64,000 nucleotides of DNA from Candidatus Omnitrophota bacterium (GTDB lineage: Bacteria > Omnitrophota > Gorgyraeia > Tantalellales > Tantalellaceae). Each line of letters opens with the position of its first letter. Position 1 is the stretch's first letter. Under the pieces are notes generated by a model. That model saw only the letters and a list, made by a program, of their open reading frames with translations. It was not told the DNA's origin and searched no databases. This document shows positions 40,656 through 51,096 of this stretch, piece by piece. Made by a program: the position numbers and the translations under genes. The stretch covers positions 6,612-70,611 of the forward strand of contig JAYEOV010000017.1 of the NCBI GenBank assembly GCA_034723315.1, written 5' to 3'.

Positions 40656-43490
40656 ATGAGCAAAGACCAGATCTTCGTAAAAGGCGCCAGGGAGCATAAT
40701 CTAAAAAATATCGACGTCCGGATACCGCGGAACACGATCTGTGTTATCACCGGTCTTTCCGGATCGGGAAAATCCTCCCTTGCTTTTGACACTATCTATG
40801 CCGAAGGGCAGAGGCGCTATGTCGAATCATTGTCAAGTTACGCCCGGCAATTCATAGAGCAGCTTCAAAAGCCCCATATGGATTACGTGGAAGGCCTTTC
40901 GCCGACGATAAGCATCGAGCAGCGATCAGGCGGCAGGAATCCCCGCTCCACGGTCGGCACACAGACAGAGATATATGATTATCTAAGGGTGCTTTTCGCG
41001 AGGGCAGGTATCCAGTATTGTCCCAGGTGCGGGAAAGTGATATCGGGACAGAGCTCCCAGCAGATAGTAGATCGAATACAGTCCTTACCTGAAGGCACGA
41101 AGTTGATGATACTGTCTCCTTTGATCAAGGGGCGTAAAGGCGAGCATGTCGAGGTGATGAGAGGGGCGAGGAAAGAAGGTCTCGTCAGGCTGAGAGTCGA
41201 CGGGAAGATCGCGGATATCGGTGACAGTATCCCGGCCCTCAACAAGAAAGTAAAGCACACTATCGAGGCTGTTGTTGACAGGCTGGTCATCAACAAGGGG
41301 ATCCGCACGCGTTTATCTGATTCTGTCGAAATAGCCCTTAAACTTGGAGCGGGAGTTATCATCATTTCGCCGGCGGAAGAAAGCCCCTGGAGTTCGAAAA
41401 GATCAAAGAAACCGGGGGAAAAAGGAAATGAGCTCGCGGGAGATATCCTGCTGAGCGAGCATAACGCGTGCATTGAGTGCGGGATAAGTTTTGAAAAACT
41501 TGCTCCGAGGAATTTTTCTTTTAACAGCCCCTACGGCGCATGCCCTTCGTGCAACGGACTCGGAAACAAGCTGGAAATAGACCCCGAACTGCTGGTTCCT
41601 GACAAAACCGAACCTCTTTTAAGGGCTATCATGCCGTGGAAGAGGGGAGGGAAGGGGATCGTGCTTCATTACCGCCGGCAGCTCCGCAGGCTGGCAAGAT
41701 ATTACGGTTTTGATCATGACCAGCCGTTCGAAAAACTTACTTCCGCGCAGAAACAGATAGTTCTTTACGGGGATGATGAATACGGATTTGAAGGGGTTAT
41801 ACCGAACCTCGAAAGACGTTTCAAGTATTCTGAGAGCGACTTTATCAAGGAGATGATAAGCGGTTTCATGTCAGTCCAGCCCTGTCCCGAATGTAAAGGC
41901 CGGCGCCTCCGGGCGGAATCCCTCAGCGTCTTTGTCGGAGGCAAAGACATAGCCGATATGTGCGCGATGTCCATAAATGAGGCTAAGGATTTCTTTTCGC
42001 GGATCAAACTGGATAAAATGCAGAAGAAGATAGCTGAAGAAGTGCTCAAAGAGATCGGCGCGCGCCTGGAATTCATGCTGAATGTCGGACTCGGGTATCT
42101 TACGCTGGACAGAAGAAGCAATACTCTTTCGGGAGGCGAGGATCAGAGGATAAGGCTCGCTACTCAGATAGGCGCCGGGCTGGTAGGTGTTCTCTATGTT
42201 CTGGACGAGCCCAGCATAGGACTTCACCAGAAAGACAACCAGAAGCTTCTGGATACGCTGGTGGCGTTACGGGACCTGGGGAACACTCTCGTTGTGGTGG
42301 AGCACGATGAAGCCACTATAAGAAAAGCTGACCATATTATCGATCTTGGTCCCGGAGCGGGGGAACACGGAGGGGAGATCGTCGCGGAGGGGAGCCTGAA
42401 AGCCATCCTTAAAAGCGAAAGATCGCTTACCGGCAAATATTTGCGCGGGGATCTGAGGATAAAGGTCCCCCGGAAAAGACGCGGATATGACAGAAATAAA
42501 TGTCTTGAAGTCGTGGGCGCGGCGGAACACAACCTGAAAAACATCAACGTGAAGATTCCCCTTGGTGTCTTCAACTGTGTAACAGGTGTTTCGGGGTCGG
42601 GAAAAAGCACGCTCATTGACGAGATCCTGTACCGGGCGCTTGCCAGGAAGCTTTACAGGGCCAAAGTGAAGCCCGGGAAGCATAAACGGATAAACGGCGC
42701 GCGGAATATCGATAAGGTGATCGTCATTGACCAGTCTCCCATAGGCAGGACCCCGAGATCGAATCCCGCCACTTATACGGGCGCTTTTGACCCGGCACGC
42801 AAGCTTTTCAGTTCTCTTCCGGAATCCCGCATAAGGGGGTACAAGCCGGGCAGGTTCAGTTTCAACGTAAAGGGAGGCCGTTGCGAGGCCTGTCAGGGGG
42901 ACGGGGTAAAAAAGATCGAGATGCACTTTTTGCCCGATGTGTACGTCCAGTGCCAGGTCTGTAACGGGAAACGGTTTAACGACCAGACTCTTGAGATCAG
43001 GTATAAGGGTTATAATATTTCCGAGGTCCTCGACATGAGCGTCGAGGAGGCGTTAACAGTGTTTGAGAACATACCCGCCGTAAAAAGCAGGCTTCAGACC
43101 CTGTATGAAGTCGGTCTCGGATACATAAGGCTGGGGCAATCGGCCACGACCCTCTCCGGCGGGGAAGCGCAGAGGGTGAAACTGTCGACCGAACTGTCAA
43201 AGAAAGCGACAGGCAAAACCCTTTATATCCTGGACGAGCCCACTACAGGGCTTCATTTCGCGGATATTCATAAACTTCTGGACGTATTGCACGCGCTCGT
43301 TTCAGCGGGAAATACCGTGCTGGTGATCGAACATAACCTGGATGTAATAAAATCAGCCGATCACATAATAGACCTGGGGCCCGAGGGCGGTGATGCCGGA
43401 GGGAAAATGGTCGCCAGCGGGACTCCCGAGGAAATCGCGGCCGATAAACATTCCTATACAGGGGCATATCTTAAAAAGCTCTTGATGTGA
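40656..43490 (+). CDS. uvrA: Excinuclease ABC subunit A
   Basis: [18 protein letters not shown], second ABC domain GVSGSGKS and LSGGEAQR, zinc fingers. Confidence 0.98.
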   Translation: MSKDQIFVKGAREHNLKNIDVRIPRNTICVITGLSGSGKSSLAFDTIYAEGQRRYVESLSSYARQFIEQLQKPHMDYVEGLSPTISIEQRSGGRNPRSTVGTQTEIYDYLRVLFARAGIQYCPRCGKVISGQSSQQIVDRIQSLPEGTKLMILSPLIKGRKGEHVEVMRGARKEGLVRLRVDGKIADIGDSIPALNKKVKHTIEAVVDRLVINKGIRTRLSDSVEIALKLGAGVIIISPAEESPWSSKRSKKPGEKGNELAGDILLSEHNACIECGISFEKLAPRNFSFNSPYGACPSCNGLGNKLEIDPELLVPDKTEPLLRAIMPWKRGGKGIVLHYRRQLRRLARYYGFDHDQPFEKLTSAQKQIVLYGDDEYGFEGVIPNLERRFKYSESDFIKEMISGFMSVQPCPECKGRRLRAESLSVFVGGKDIADMCAMSINEAKDFFSRIKLDKMQKKIAEEVLKEIGARLEFMLNVGLGYLTLDRRSNTLSGGEDQRIRLATQIGAGLVGVLYVLDEPSIGLHQKDNQKLLDTLVALRDLGNTLVVVEHDEATIRKADHIIDLGPGAGEHGGEIVAEGSLKAILKSERSLTGKYLRGDLRIKVPRKRRGYDRNKCLEVVGAAEHNLKNINVKIPLGVFNCVTGVSGSGKSTLIDEILYRALARKLYRAKVKPGKHKRINGARNIDKVIVIDQSPIGRTPRSNPATYTGAFDPARKLFSSLPESRIRGYKPGRFSFNVKGGRCEACQGDGVKKIEMHFLPDVYVQCQVCNGKRFNDQTLEIRYKGYNISEVLDMSVEEALTVFENIPAVKSRLQTLYEVGLGYIRLGQSATTLSGGEAQRVKLSTELSKKATGKTLYILDEPTTGLHFADIHKLLDVLHALVSAGNTVLVIEHNLDVIKSADHIIDLGPEGGDAGGKMVASGTPEEIAADKHSYTGAYLKKLLM

Positions 43491-43613
43491 CAGTTTTATT
43501 TTGATAACATAATTCCGGGCCTTATCACATAATCAAGATATAATTGGCCCATAAGCTTTCCTTGACCCCGATTGAATCCGGCAAGCTATTCAACAATAAA
43601 AAGGTACCTATAC

Positions 43614-46076
43614 ATGAGTGGTATGCGTTCGAAAAGTATCATATTTGCGGTGAGCGCGTTTTTTCTGCTTCAGTGCCTCACCTTGAAGGCGGAAGGCAAA
43701 TTCATGCAATCCGAACTTGACTTTGCCAGGAAAGCGGTCAAGGATGGATTTTACGATCTCGCGGAAAGCAAGTTGAATTCACTTCTTGTCCTGAATATCC
43801 CAAGGGATGTGGAAGGAGAAGCGCGGTTGCTGCTGGGCAGGGTCTATTATGAAAAGTCCCGCTCCGCGAAGGCTCTCACGGAATTTAACATTCTGCTCGA
43901 GAGATTCAGGGACGGGCCTCTCGCGGCGGGCGCAACTTACTGGGTGGCAGAGGTTTATTTCAAGGAGGGGAATTACGAGCAGGCCTTGAAATATTACCAA
44001 CTTGTCATAGAGTCTTTTCCCGCCAGCGAATACGTTCCTTATTCTCATTATTCCCAGGCGTGGTGTTATGAGAAGCTTGGTGAGCAAACGGCGGCGGTCG
44101 AGGCTTTTCGCGAAGTAGCCAGGCTGTACCCTGCGGGCGAACTGGCGGTGAAGGCGAAATATAAAATAGCGGGGCTGCTTTACAGGTCTGGTCAGTATAG
44201 CGAGGCGATTGCAGAGTTGAAGGACTTTACCGGCAAGTATCCCGTGAACGAACATATATTCGACGCGTATTACATTTTTGGGGATTGTTATTATAAGCTG
44301 GGGGATTATCCCGAAGCGATCGAGAATTTAAAGAGTTCGCTGCAGGGAAGTTTGGATAAGCCCTGGAGGGCGGTTGCCGAATATAAACTGGCCAAGTCGT
44401 ATATGAGTGAAAAGGAGATGGACGCGGCCTTCGAGTATTTCCAGAAAGCCCTGGAAGACAGCGCCGATCCCGGGATAAAGAGCGCCGCGCTTATGGGAAC
44501 AGCAAGGATACATCTTGAGAGAGGGGAGAGAGATCAAGCGTTAGCGGCGTATAACAAAATAATAAAAGAGATCCCGGAGAATGAATGGACCGATGACGCG
44601 TATTACTGGATGGGTGACGCCCTGTATAAAGGCGGGAGTATGCGGAATACGATCCTGTTGTACCGGGAGGCGCTGGAAAAGTTCCCTGACGGCAGGTATT
44701 CGGCTGAGATGCATTATAATCTCGGATGGGCTTACCTCGGGGCGCGTGAAGAAGATAACGCGTTGAGGGAATTTGATAAAACGGTCGAGTTGTCCGATAG
44801 TGAAGACCTGGTTGTGAGCGCGTTGTGCGGTATCGGGGATATCTTTCAGGGGCGTGGAAAAAATGAGTTGGCCGTTGATATGTACGATAGAGTGCTCATG
44901 GAGTTTCCCCACAGCATTATGGCGGATTACGCTCAGTATGAGGTTGGATCCATCATGGACAAGATGGACAGGGACGATGCGGCCATACTTGCGTTTCGGT
45001 CTCTTGTAGTGAACTTTTCGAAGTCAAGCCTGCTGGACAAGGCGCATTATCAGCTGGGAATGCTTTACGCTCAAAGAGGGGATTACGAGTCGTCGATAAG
45101 ACAGTTTGAACGGGTGATAGAGGATTTTCCCGGCAGCAGCCTCCATGGGGAAGCGACGCTTCAGAAGGCCAATTCATTTTTTAATAACAGGGATTACGGT
45201 AGAGCCGCCAGGATGTACGAGAAGATAATACGCAAATTCGAAGATAAAAACCTGGTGTTGAGGGCGCGCTATTATCTCGGACGCGCTTATTACAAGATGG
45301 GAAAAGAGAACAAGGCGCTTGAGACCTACAAATGGATATTAGCCGAAGGCGGCGCGAACCGTTTCATTCCCGGGATCAAGTTATGGTTCGGCGAATATTA
45401 TTACGAGAAAGGGGATTTTGAAAAAGCGCGGAAATATTTTTCTGAAATAATCGAAGAATTCCCGGAAAGCCCTTTTTCTGACGATGCTTCTTACTGGCTG
45501 GGGTGGACGCTGTATGACAATAACATGGCAAGCCAGAGCCTGGCGCAGTTTGAGAAGATAGTGAAACAGCGTTTGAACAGCAAGTGGACCCCGCAGGCGA
45601 TACTGGCCCTTGGTGATATCTACAAGAAAAGCGGGGAGTACGAAAAGGCCATATCGCAGTATGAGATTCTCATAAGGAAATATCCGGATAGCGAAATTAC
45701 CAACATCGCGAATAACCGGATAGGGGTGATATTAAAGGTCCAGGACAAGCATGCCCTCGCGGTTGAATATTTCAAGATCGCCCTTACGGGCGAGAACTCT
45801 GAAATGAACTCGCAGCTGCAGTTCGATATAGCCGAGTGCTATGAAAAAATGGGCTGGGAAAAAGAGGCAATAGAGGGGTATCTTAAGGTTGAATACAAGT
45901 ATCCCCGCGGGGAATTCTGGGTGACCAGAGCGCGCCTTAAATGCGCGGAACTCCTTGAAAAACGGGGAGAGAAAGAGAGGGCTTATAAACTGTATTATAA
46001 GCTTTCCGAGGGGACAGGGCAGGAAGCGGAATACGCGAAGGAGAAGATAAGGTTTCTGAAGAGATATGCCAGGTGA
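43614..46076 (+). CDS. Exported tetratricopeptide-repeat protein (CpoB/BamD-like repeats)
   Basis: Signal-peptide-like N-terminus; many A.Y..G..Y...Y..A...F....FP repeats; start uncertain. Confidence 0.8.
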   Translation: MSGMRSKSIIFAVSAFFLLQCLTLKAEGKFMQSELDFARKAVKDGFYDLAESKLNSLLVLNIPRDVEGEARLLLGRVYYEKSRSAKALTEFNILLERFRDGPLAAGATYWVAEVYFKEGNYEQALKYYQLVIESFPASEYVPYSHYSQAWCYEKLGEQTAAVEAFREVARLYPAGELAVKAKYKIAGLLYRSGQYSEAIAELKDFTGKYPVNEHIFDAYYIFGDCYYKLGDYPEAIENLKSSLQGSLDKPWRAVAEYKLAKSYMSEKEMDAAFEYFQKALEDSADPGIKSAALMGTARIHLERGERDQALAAYNKIIKEIPENEWTDDAYYWMGDALYKGGSMRNTILLYREALEKFPDGRYSAEMHYNLGWAYLGAREEDNALREFDKTVELSDSEDLVVSALCGIGDIFQGRGKNELAVDMYDRVLMEFPHSIMADYAQYEVGSIMDKMDRDDAAILAFRSLVVNFSKSSLLDKAHYQLGMLYAQRGDYESSIRQFERVIEDFPGSSLHGEATLQKANSFFNNRDYGRAARMYEKIIRKFEDKNLVLRARYYLGRAYYKMGKENKALETYKWILAEGGANRFIPGIKLWFGEYYYEKGDFEKARKYFSEIIEEFPESPFSDDASYWLGWTLYDNNMASQSLAQFEKIVKQRLNSKWTPQAILALGDIYKKSGEYEKAISQYEILIRKYPDSEITNIANNRIGVILKVQDKHALAVEYFKIALTGENSEMNSQLQFDIAECYEKMGWEKEAIEGYLKVEYKYPRGEFWVTRARLKCAELLEKRGEKERAYKLYYKLSEGTGQEAEYAKEKIRFLKRYAR

Positions 46077-46154
46077 ACCCTGTAAGCCTGACACCTATAA
46101 AATTTTAGCTTCACTTTGTTCACTAAGTGATGAACTCATTAAAGGAGGATAGCA

Positions 46155-46787
46155 ATGTGGGATCTGACAGTTAAAGGCGGGCCATTGATGTTTCTCATAC
46201 TTGTATGTTCGGTCATAGCGTTTGCCGTGATTGTCGAAAGGTTATGGCACCTGAGGCGAGCCAAGATCAATACTGAAGAGTTTGTGGAAGATATCGCTGA
46301 GACATTGAAGAGAAACAAGATCATGGATGCCATAGATAAGTGTAACGCTAAGCCTGGGCCTATAGCGCAGATACTCAAGGCGGGAATATTGAAGCACGAC
46401 CGGCCGAGGGTTGAGATAAAAGAGGCAGTGGAAGATGCCGGCCTGCACGAGGTGCCCCGTCTTGAGAAGAATCTCGGTGTCCTGGCGACTATCGCCCACA
46501 TTTCGCCTCTTCTCGGCCTGCTGGGGACGGTAACGGGCATGGTGAGGTCGTTCCAGGTCATCGAGCAAAAAGCTATCGCGCTCGTTCCCGTGAACCCCGG
46601 GGACCTGGCTGGAGGTATCTGGGAAGCGCTGATAACGACGGTAGCCGGCCTGGCAGTAGCGATACCGACATACGTCGCGTATAACTTTCTTGTGACGAAG
46701 GTCGACGGCTTCGTGCTGGAGATGGAGAAAAGTGCCACGGATCTTATAAACGTCCTCGGGACAAAAAGGGAAGAAGATGAAATTTAA
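46155..46787 (+). CDS. MotA/TolQ/ExbB proton channel protein
   Basis: PLLGLLGTVTGM, GIWEALITTVAGL.VAIP. Confidence 0.93.
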   Translation: MWDLTVKGGPLMFLILVCSVIAFAVIVERLWHLRRAKINTEEFVEDIAETLKRNKIMDAIDKCNAKPGPIAQILKAGILKHDRPRVEIKEAVEDAGLHEVPRLEKNLGVLATIAHISPLLGLLGTVTGMVRSFQVIEQKAIALVPVNPGDLAGGIWEALITTVAGLAVAIPTYVAYNFLVTKVDGFVLEMEKSATDLINVLGTKREEDEI

Positions 46788-47169
46788 GCGGAAAGTTTTT
46801 CTTGAAAAGGGCCGTCTTGATATAGCCCCGCTTATAGACGTGGTGTTTCTTCTGCTGATCTTTTTTATGCTTACGTCGAGTTTTATTTTCCAGCCCGGCA
46901 TAAGAGTGAACCTTCCGAGGGCGGTAACAAGCGAGGTCCTGCACAGGGAACTGCTTATACTGACAGTCACGGAAGGTAACGAAGTTTTTTTGAACGAAAG
47001 GCCCGTAAGCGGTGATGAGCTGGTTTCACGCATTACCATTGCGGCGCGCGATAATCAGCCGCTCCTGATAAGGGCGGATAAAAAAGCCGATATGGGTAAA
47101 GTGATCGAGGTCTGGGATATTTGTCGCCAGGTCGATATAAAGCAGATCAATATCGCTACTACGCAGTGA
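46777..47169 (+). CDS. ExbD/TolR protein
   Basis: IAPLIDVVFLLLIFFM, IRADK. Confidence 0.93.
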   Translation: MKFKRKVFLEKGRLDIAPLIDVVFLLLIFFMLTSSFIFQPGIRVNLPRAVTSEVLHRELLILTVTEGNEVFLNERPVSGDELVSRITIAARDNQPLLIRADKKADMGKVIEVWDICRQVDIKQINIATTQ

Positions 47170-47182
47170 TGGGTGATGGGTT

Positions 47183-47345
47183 ATGCAACCTTGGGGACAT
47201 GCAACCTTGGGGATAAACCTTGGGGACATTCCTGAAGGGGACACACCTCAAGTAGAAAAATGGTAATATTGGGCATAAAAGCTGAAGTTCTGGGGACACG
47301 CTTGTTGTAGACGACATGAGGGGGCGCCCAAGCATGTCCCCAGAA
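47183..47345. repeat. GGGGAC-type repeat cluster
   Basis: Three tandem (A)ACCTTGGGGA(C) units at 47183-47227; 17-bp inverted repeat with one mismatch at 47288-47304 / 47329-47345. Confidence 0.7.
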
Positions 47346-47357
47346 TATACTGATATT

Positions 47358-48050
47358 ATGATAAGTAGGAATTTGAGGATAGCACTTCTTGTATCACTGG
47401 GAGCCCATGTTCTCGCTATGTCCGCGGTTACCATTATCACTCCGGATGATGTCGAAAGGATGCGTCCGTATTCACGCATTGATTTCCTGGGGCCCATTCT
47501 GAGGAAAACGGCTTTCGATATCATGCTGGAGAGCGTGCATCCCGCCGCGAAGACCACTTACAGCTACGCGATTTACGGCCCCCAGAGCGGATATTTGAAA
47601 GTTGTTGCTTCCAAGAGGGAATCGGGGCTGCGCGAGTTTCCCCCGTATCTGGAAAACAACATGGATGCTCTTGTGTTTGATTTTTTAAGGGGTTCAAAGG
47701 TCGTGCCTGATATCTTTCCGGGTTTCAAAGAGGATGGCCTTCCGCTGTCCAAGTGGAATGATGTTTTAACGGAAGAAGAGGGGGAAAGAAAGGTAATTTA
47801 CAGACCCGAACCTCCCTACATAATGAGAGGCCTTTACGGGGATAACATAACTTTCAGGGTCAGAGTAACCGTCCTGATAGGGGCCGACGGGAAGGTCAGG
47901 AAAACCGAACCGTTGACCACCACGGGATATCCCCAGATTGACCTGCTGGTTTCAAAGTACGTAAAGGGCTGGATCTTTGAACCGAAGAAAGGGCCGGCAG
48001 CGGGGGATGAATGGCGTGATGTTGTTGTGGTCCTGACCGCCGGGTATTGA
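47358..48050 (+). CDS. TonB-like energy transducer
   Basis: N-terminal TM SLGAH (S/H motif), C-terminal V.I..DGKV...TTGY..ID......WIFEP; follows exbBD. Confidence 0.7.
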   Translation: MISRNLRIALLVSLGAHVLAMSAVTIITPDDVERMRPYSRIDFLGPILRKTAFDIMLESVHPAAKTTYSYAIYGPQSGYLKVVASKRESGLREFPPYLENNMDALVFDFLRGSKVVPDIFPGFKEDGLPLSKWNDVLTEEEGERKVIYRPEPPYIMRGLYGDNITFRVRVTVLIGADGKVRKTEPLTTTGYPQIDLLVSKYVKGWIFEPKKGPAAGDEWRDVVVVLTAGY

Positions 48051-48054
48051 TCCG

Positions 48055-48315
48055 ATGATAAAACTTGATATCTCCATGGCGATCTTTCTATACCTGCTGT
48101 TTACGGCGGTGTTGATCCTCATAGTGTGGTCTTTTTTCGATTTCGGCACAAAACTGAGGACTTTCAGTTCGGACGAGAAATATATCTGGCATTGTAACAT
48201 TTGCGCGCTTACGTATATCGACAGCCGGCATGATGAAGTCTCGAGATGTCCGAGATGCGGCAGCTATAACCAGAGACTGACAAAAAAAGATTTTCCGAAA
48301 GGCAGAGAGACATAG
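48055..48315 (+). CDS. Small membrane protein with zinc ribbon
   Basis: One TM helix, CNIC and CPRC. Confidence 0.7.
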   Translation: MIKLDISMAIFLYLLFTAVLILIVWSFFDFGTKLRTFSSDEKYIWHCNICALTYIDSRHDEVSRCPRCGSYNQRLTKKDFPKGRET

Positions 48316-48376
48316 AAAAATAAAGAAGAAAAAAGAACGGTCCGGCGACCGAAAACTCGGGAAAGGAGGTGGACAC

Positions 48377-48592
48377 ATGATTACAAGGATAGGGCTTATA
48401 GCGGGAGACATATGGAGTTATCTGGAGGGCCATAAAAAGATGGCCCGGATGGATGATGTTATCAGTGAATTGGAGAAAGACAGGGATCTGGTATTGATGA
48501 GCATAGGATGGCTGGCCAGGGAAGGGCATATCATCCTGGAGGGAGATAGCCCGAACTATACTTTAAAACTGAAAAACTCGGGAGGGAACTAA
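48377..48592 (+). CDS. Small winged-helix protein (DUF2582-like)
   Basis: IGLIAGDIWSYL...MSIGWLAREG; AAGGAGG Shine-Dalgarno. Confidence 0.8.
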   Translation: MITRIGLIAGDIWSYLEGHKKMARMDDVISELEKDRDLVLMSIGWLAREGHIILEGDSPNYTLKLKNSGGN

Positions 48593-48918
48593 TGGTTGAA
48601 GACATTTCAAAAGAACCCAACGTTCAGGATGAGGAGAGGGTTCAGGCGCTGCCTGTCGTTGAGGGAGAAGAGGGCGAGGAGAGAGTGCCCATAAAGGACC
48701 CCTTGAGGGTGCTGAAATTCCGCACCATAAACAAAAAATTCGGCTGGTGGGCGGCGGTGGTCTTGCTCGAGAGTTACGCGAAAAAACAGATCTGTTTTTA
48801 TTTGTGGCAGAAAAAGGATGAGGGTTGGAAGCGCAAACAGAAGTTCGGAATACATTCAAGGGAAGACTGGCAGATGATGAAAAAATCTGTTGAAGCTTTC
48901 ATCGGCGAGTTGACCTGA
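48592..48918 (+). CDS. Hypothetical protein
   Basis: Clean ORF coupled to the upstream stop, GGAGG Shine-Dalgarno; Trp/Lys-rich. Confidence 0.65.
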   Translation: MVEDISKEPNVQDEERVQALPVVEGEEGEERVPIKDPLRVLKFRTINKKFGWWAAVVLLESYAKKQICFYLWQKKDEGWKRKQKFGIHSREDWQMMKKSVEAFIGELT

Positions 48919-49095
48919 CCCTGATGCTCAGGGAGCGAAAACAAAAAGAAGCCCGGAGCGATACAGGGCAAAAAGTTTTTCAGATTCCAATGCCTTGTTA
49001 AACGAATAAGGTTATGATTATCAATGCGACATTATTTACTTAACGCTCCACTAGATTACATTTTTTCATTTTAAATTCCGCACTTTTAATTAATT

Positions 49096-50025
49096 ATGTT
49101 AAAGAATACTCCTCAGAAGAAAGTGATTGTCGTATACTCGGAGTCCTATTATGTGGATATAGGAGAACACGTGTTCCCGACTTCAAAGTATAGAATAATA
49201 AAAAGGCGCATTGATTCCGACGGATCGTTGGACGGTAAGGTGGAGATCGTCCCGCCTGAACCGATAACCGATAAAGAAGTCCTTGCGGTGCACACGGACG
49301 GGTATATAAACAAACTTAAGTCGGGGACTTTTACGCAGGAAGAATCGGTCACGCTTGAAGTCCCATATTCAAGCGAGATCGTGGAGGCGTCCTTCACTTG
49401 TTGCGGCGGGACATTGACCACCGCCCGCGGCGCGCTTGAAAGGAAAGCGGCGCTTCACCTGGGGGGAGGGTTCCACCATGCCTTCCCCGATCACGGAGAG
49501 GGTTTTTGCGTGTTAAACGATATAGCGGTCAGTATCAGAGCGTTACAGGAGACGGGCAAAGTGAAAAAAGCCCTTGTCATTGATTGCGATCTTCATCAGG
49601 GCAACGGGACCGCTTTTATTTTTCAGGACGATTCGTCCGTATTCACTTTCTCGATGCACCAGGAGAATAACTATCCTTTTCATAAACCCGAAAGCGATAT
49701 TGATATCGGCCTGGAGGATTACACCCGTGACAAGGTGTATCTGCGGCACCTTTACGATAATATCCCCAAGATAATAAATACTTTCAAGCCTGAAATAATC
49801 CTGTATCTTGCCGGCGCGGATCCGTACGAGAAAGATCAGCTGGGCAATCTCGCCGTATCAAAGGACGGGCTGAGGGAAAGGGACAATTATATATGCACCC
49901 AGGCGCGTAATTTCGGAGTGCCGTTAGCTATAACCCTGGCCGGGGGATACGCGGCCAACCGCGAGGATACAGTTGACATACATTTTGCCACTGTGGAAGA
50001 ATGCGTGAGGGTCTTTGCGGGTTAG
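49096..50025 (+). CDS. Histone deacetylase family protein
   Basis: GGFHHA, GFC, DCDLHQGNG, AGADP, GGY. Confidence 0.92.
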   Translation: MLKNTPQKKVIVVYSESYYVDIGEHVFPTSKYRIIKRRIDSDGSLDGKVEIVPPEPITDKEVLAVHTDGYINKLKSGTFTQEESVTLEVPYSSEIVEASFTCCGGTLTTARGALERKAALHLGGGFHHAFPDHGEGFCVLNDIAVSIRALQETGKVKKALVIDCDLHQGNGTAFIFQDDSSVFTFSMHQENNYPFHKPESDIDIGLEDYTRDKVYLRHLYDNIPKIINTFKPEIILYLAGADPYEKDQLGNLAVSKDGLRERDNYICTQARNFGVPLAITLAGGYAANREDTVDIHFATVEECVRVFAG

Positions 50026-50104
50026 CACGGAGGATTTATGAAATGGCTTCTAGGAACTTTACGTTTAAATGATATATGTTATAATGTTTTCTCTGTTTTA
50101 CGGT

Positions 50105-50180
50105 GGGGCAGTAGCTCAGCTGGGAGAGCATCACGTTCGCAACGTGGGGGTCGTGGGTTCGAATCCCATCTGCTCCACCA
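50105..50180 (+). tRNA. tRNA-Ala(CGC)
   Basis: Acceptor GGGGCAG / CTGCTCC with G3:U70, anticodon loop TTCGCAA, GTTCGAATC T-loop, encoded CCA. Confidence 0.96.
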
Positions 50181-50188
50181 TGAAAATA

Positions 50189-50260
50189 GGGGGACAGCGC
50201 CCCTATTTTTCCCCCTATTATTTTTTCTTTTTTCTCCGAAAAATAGAGGCGCTGTCCCCC
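50189..50260. repeat. GGGGACAGCGCCCCTA palindrome after the tRNA
   Basis: Arms 50189-50211 / 50238-50260 with one mismatch; same family as 10837-10895. Confidence 0.8.
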
Positions 50261-50321
50261 CATTTTTCCCATTTTCTCCTATTTCCCAAATGAGAGTCCA
50301 TATACCGATCCTGGAGGAGGG

Positions 50322-50840
50322 ATGAAAAAATTTATTTTTATCTTGGTCGTATTTACGGTTTCCTTGAACAGCATAATTAGTCCCGCTTCGGCAAAACCCG
50401 AAACGATCCGCGTCCTGGTTGAAGTCGTGGGCGATCAACAATGGGAAGTTGAGGATTACGTCAAAACCATTTTGAGTTCGCTGGAGGATGTGGAAGTCGT
50501 GGAGGATTATCCAAGTGTGTATATTCACATAATAACCCGCAGGCTTGTAAGTACCAGGGGCAAAAGGCTTGGGTACGTGATAGCGTCGGCAAGCGCGCAG
50601 GTCTGGGAGGTTTTTCTGGAAGGGGGTTATCCTTTCCATTGCAACGATTATCATGGTTTATGGCTTGAGGTAGGGCCGGACCTCCGCGACCTGTCCCTGA
50701 AATGTGTTGCGGCCGTTAACGCGGGCGTCTTTGAAAAGATCCGGGAACTTAACAGGCTGGGAACGGAGCAGGAAATGCCGCTGGATTCCGCCGAGCATAC
50801 CGTTGTTGAGGGGGCTGAAACGGACGTTTTGCCGGAATGA
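50322..50840 (+). CDS. Hypothetical exported protein
   Basis: GGAGG Shine-Dalgarno, MKK + hydrophobic stretch + ASA cleavage-like site. Confidence 0.7.
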   Translation: MKKFIFILVVFTVSLNSIISPASAKPETIRVLVEVVGDQQWEVEDYVKTILSSLEDVEVVEDYPSVYIHIITRRLVSTRGKRLGYVIASASAQVWEVFLEGGYPFHCNDYHGLWLEVGPDLRDLSLKCVAAVNAGVFEKIRELNRLGTEQEMPLDSAEHTVVEGAETDVLPE

Positions 50841-50879
50841 GCCCTTATTCAGGACGAGATATGAGATGCTGAAAAAATC

Positions 50880-51074
50880 ATGAGTGAATATATTTGTCCG
50901 CATTGCGGCAAACCGATATACGACGATGAGGCGCTTCTGTGCGTATATTGCGGGGAGAACCTGGAGCGCGGCGTCGGGACCCTCGGTAAGATCAAATATT
51001 CCACGCACTGGATGATCATTGCGGCTGTTGTGGTGCTGGTTTTGATCGCGTTCGTTATACTGGTAAGCAAATAA
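50880..51074 (+). CDS. Small zinc-ribbon membrane protein
   Basis: CPHC..CVYC and a C-terminal TM helix. Confidence 0.7.
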   Translation: MSEYICPHCGKPIYDDEALLCVYCGENLERGVGTLGKIKYSTHWMIIAAVVVLVLIAFVILVSK

Positions 51075-51096
51075 GGGATAAGGAAGGTGTTCGGAG

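Noticed and set aside
42126-42150. UvrA first ABC signature LSGGEDQR as an inactivating change
   Set aside because: The LSGGE core and all other motifs are intact; it is a single substitution at a variable position.
43561-43569. CTTGACCCC after uvrA as another GGGGTCAAG element
   Set aside because: Only 9 bp match and no partner arm; may be chance.
50036-50325. Short ORFs spanning the tRNA and palindrome
   Set aside because: Shadow ORFs of the tRNA and repeat.
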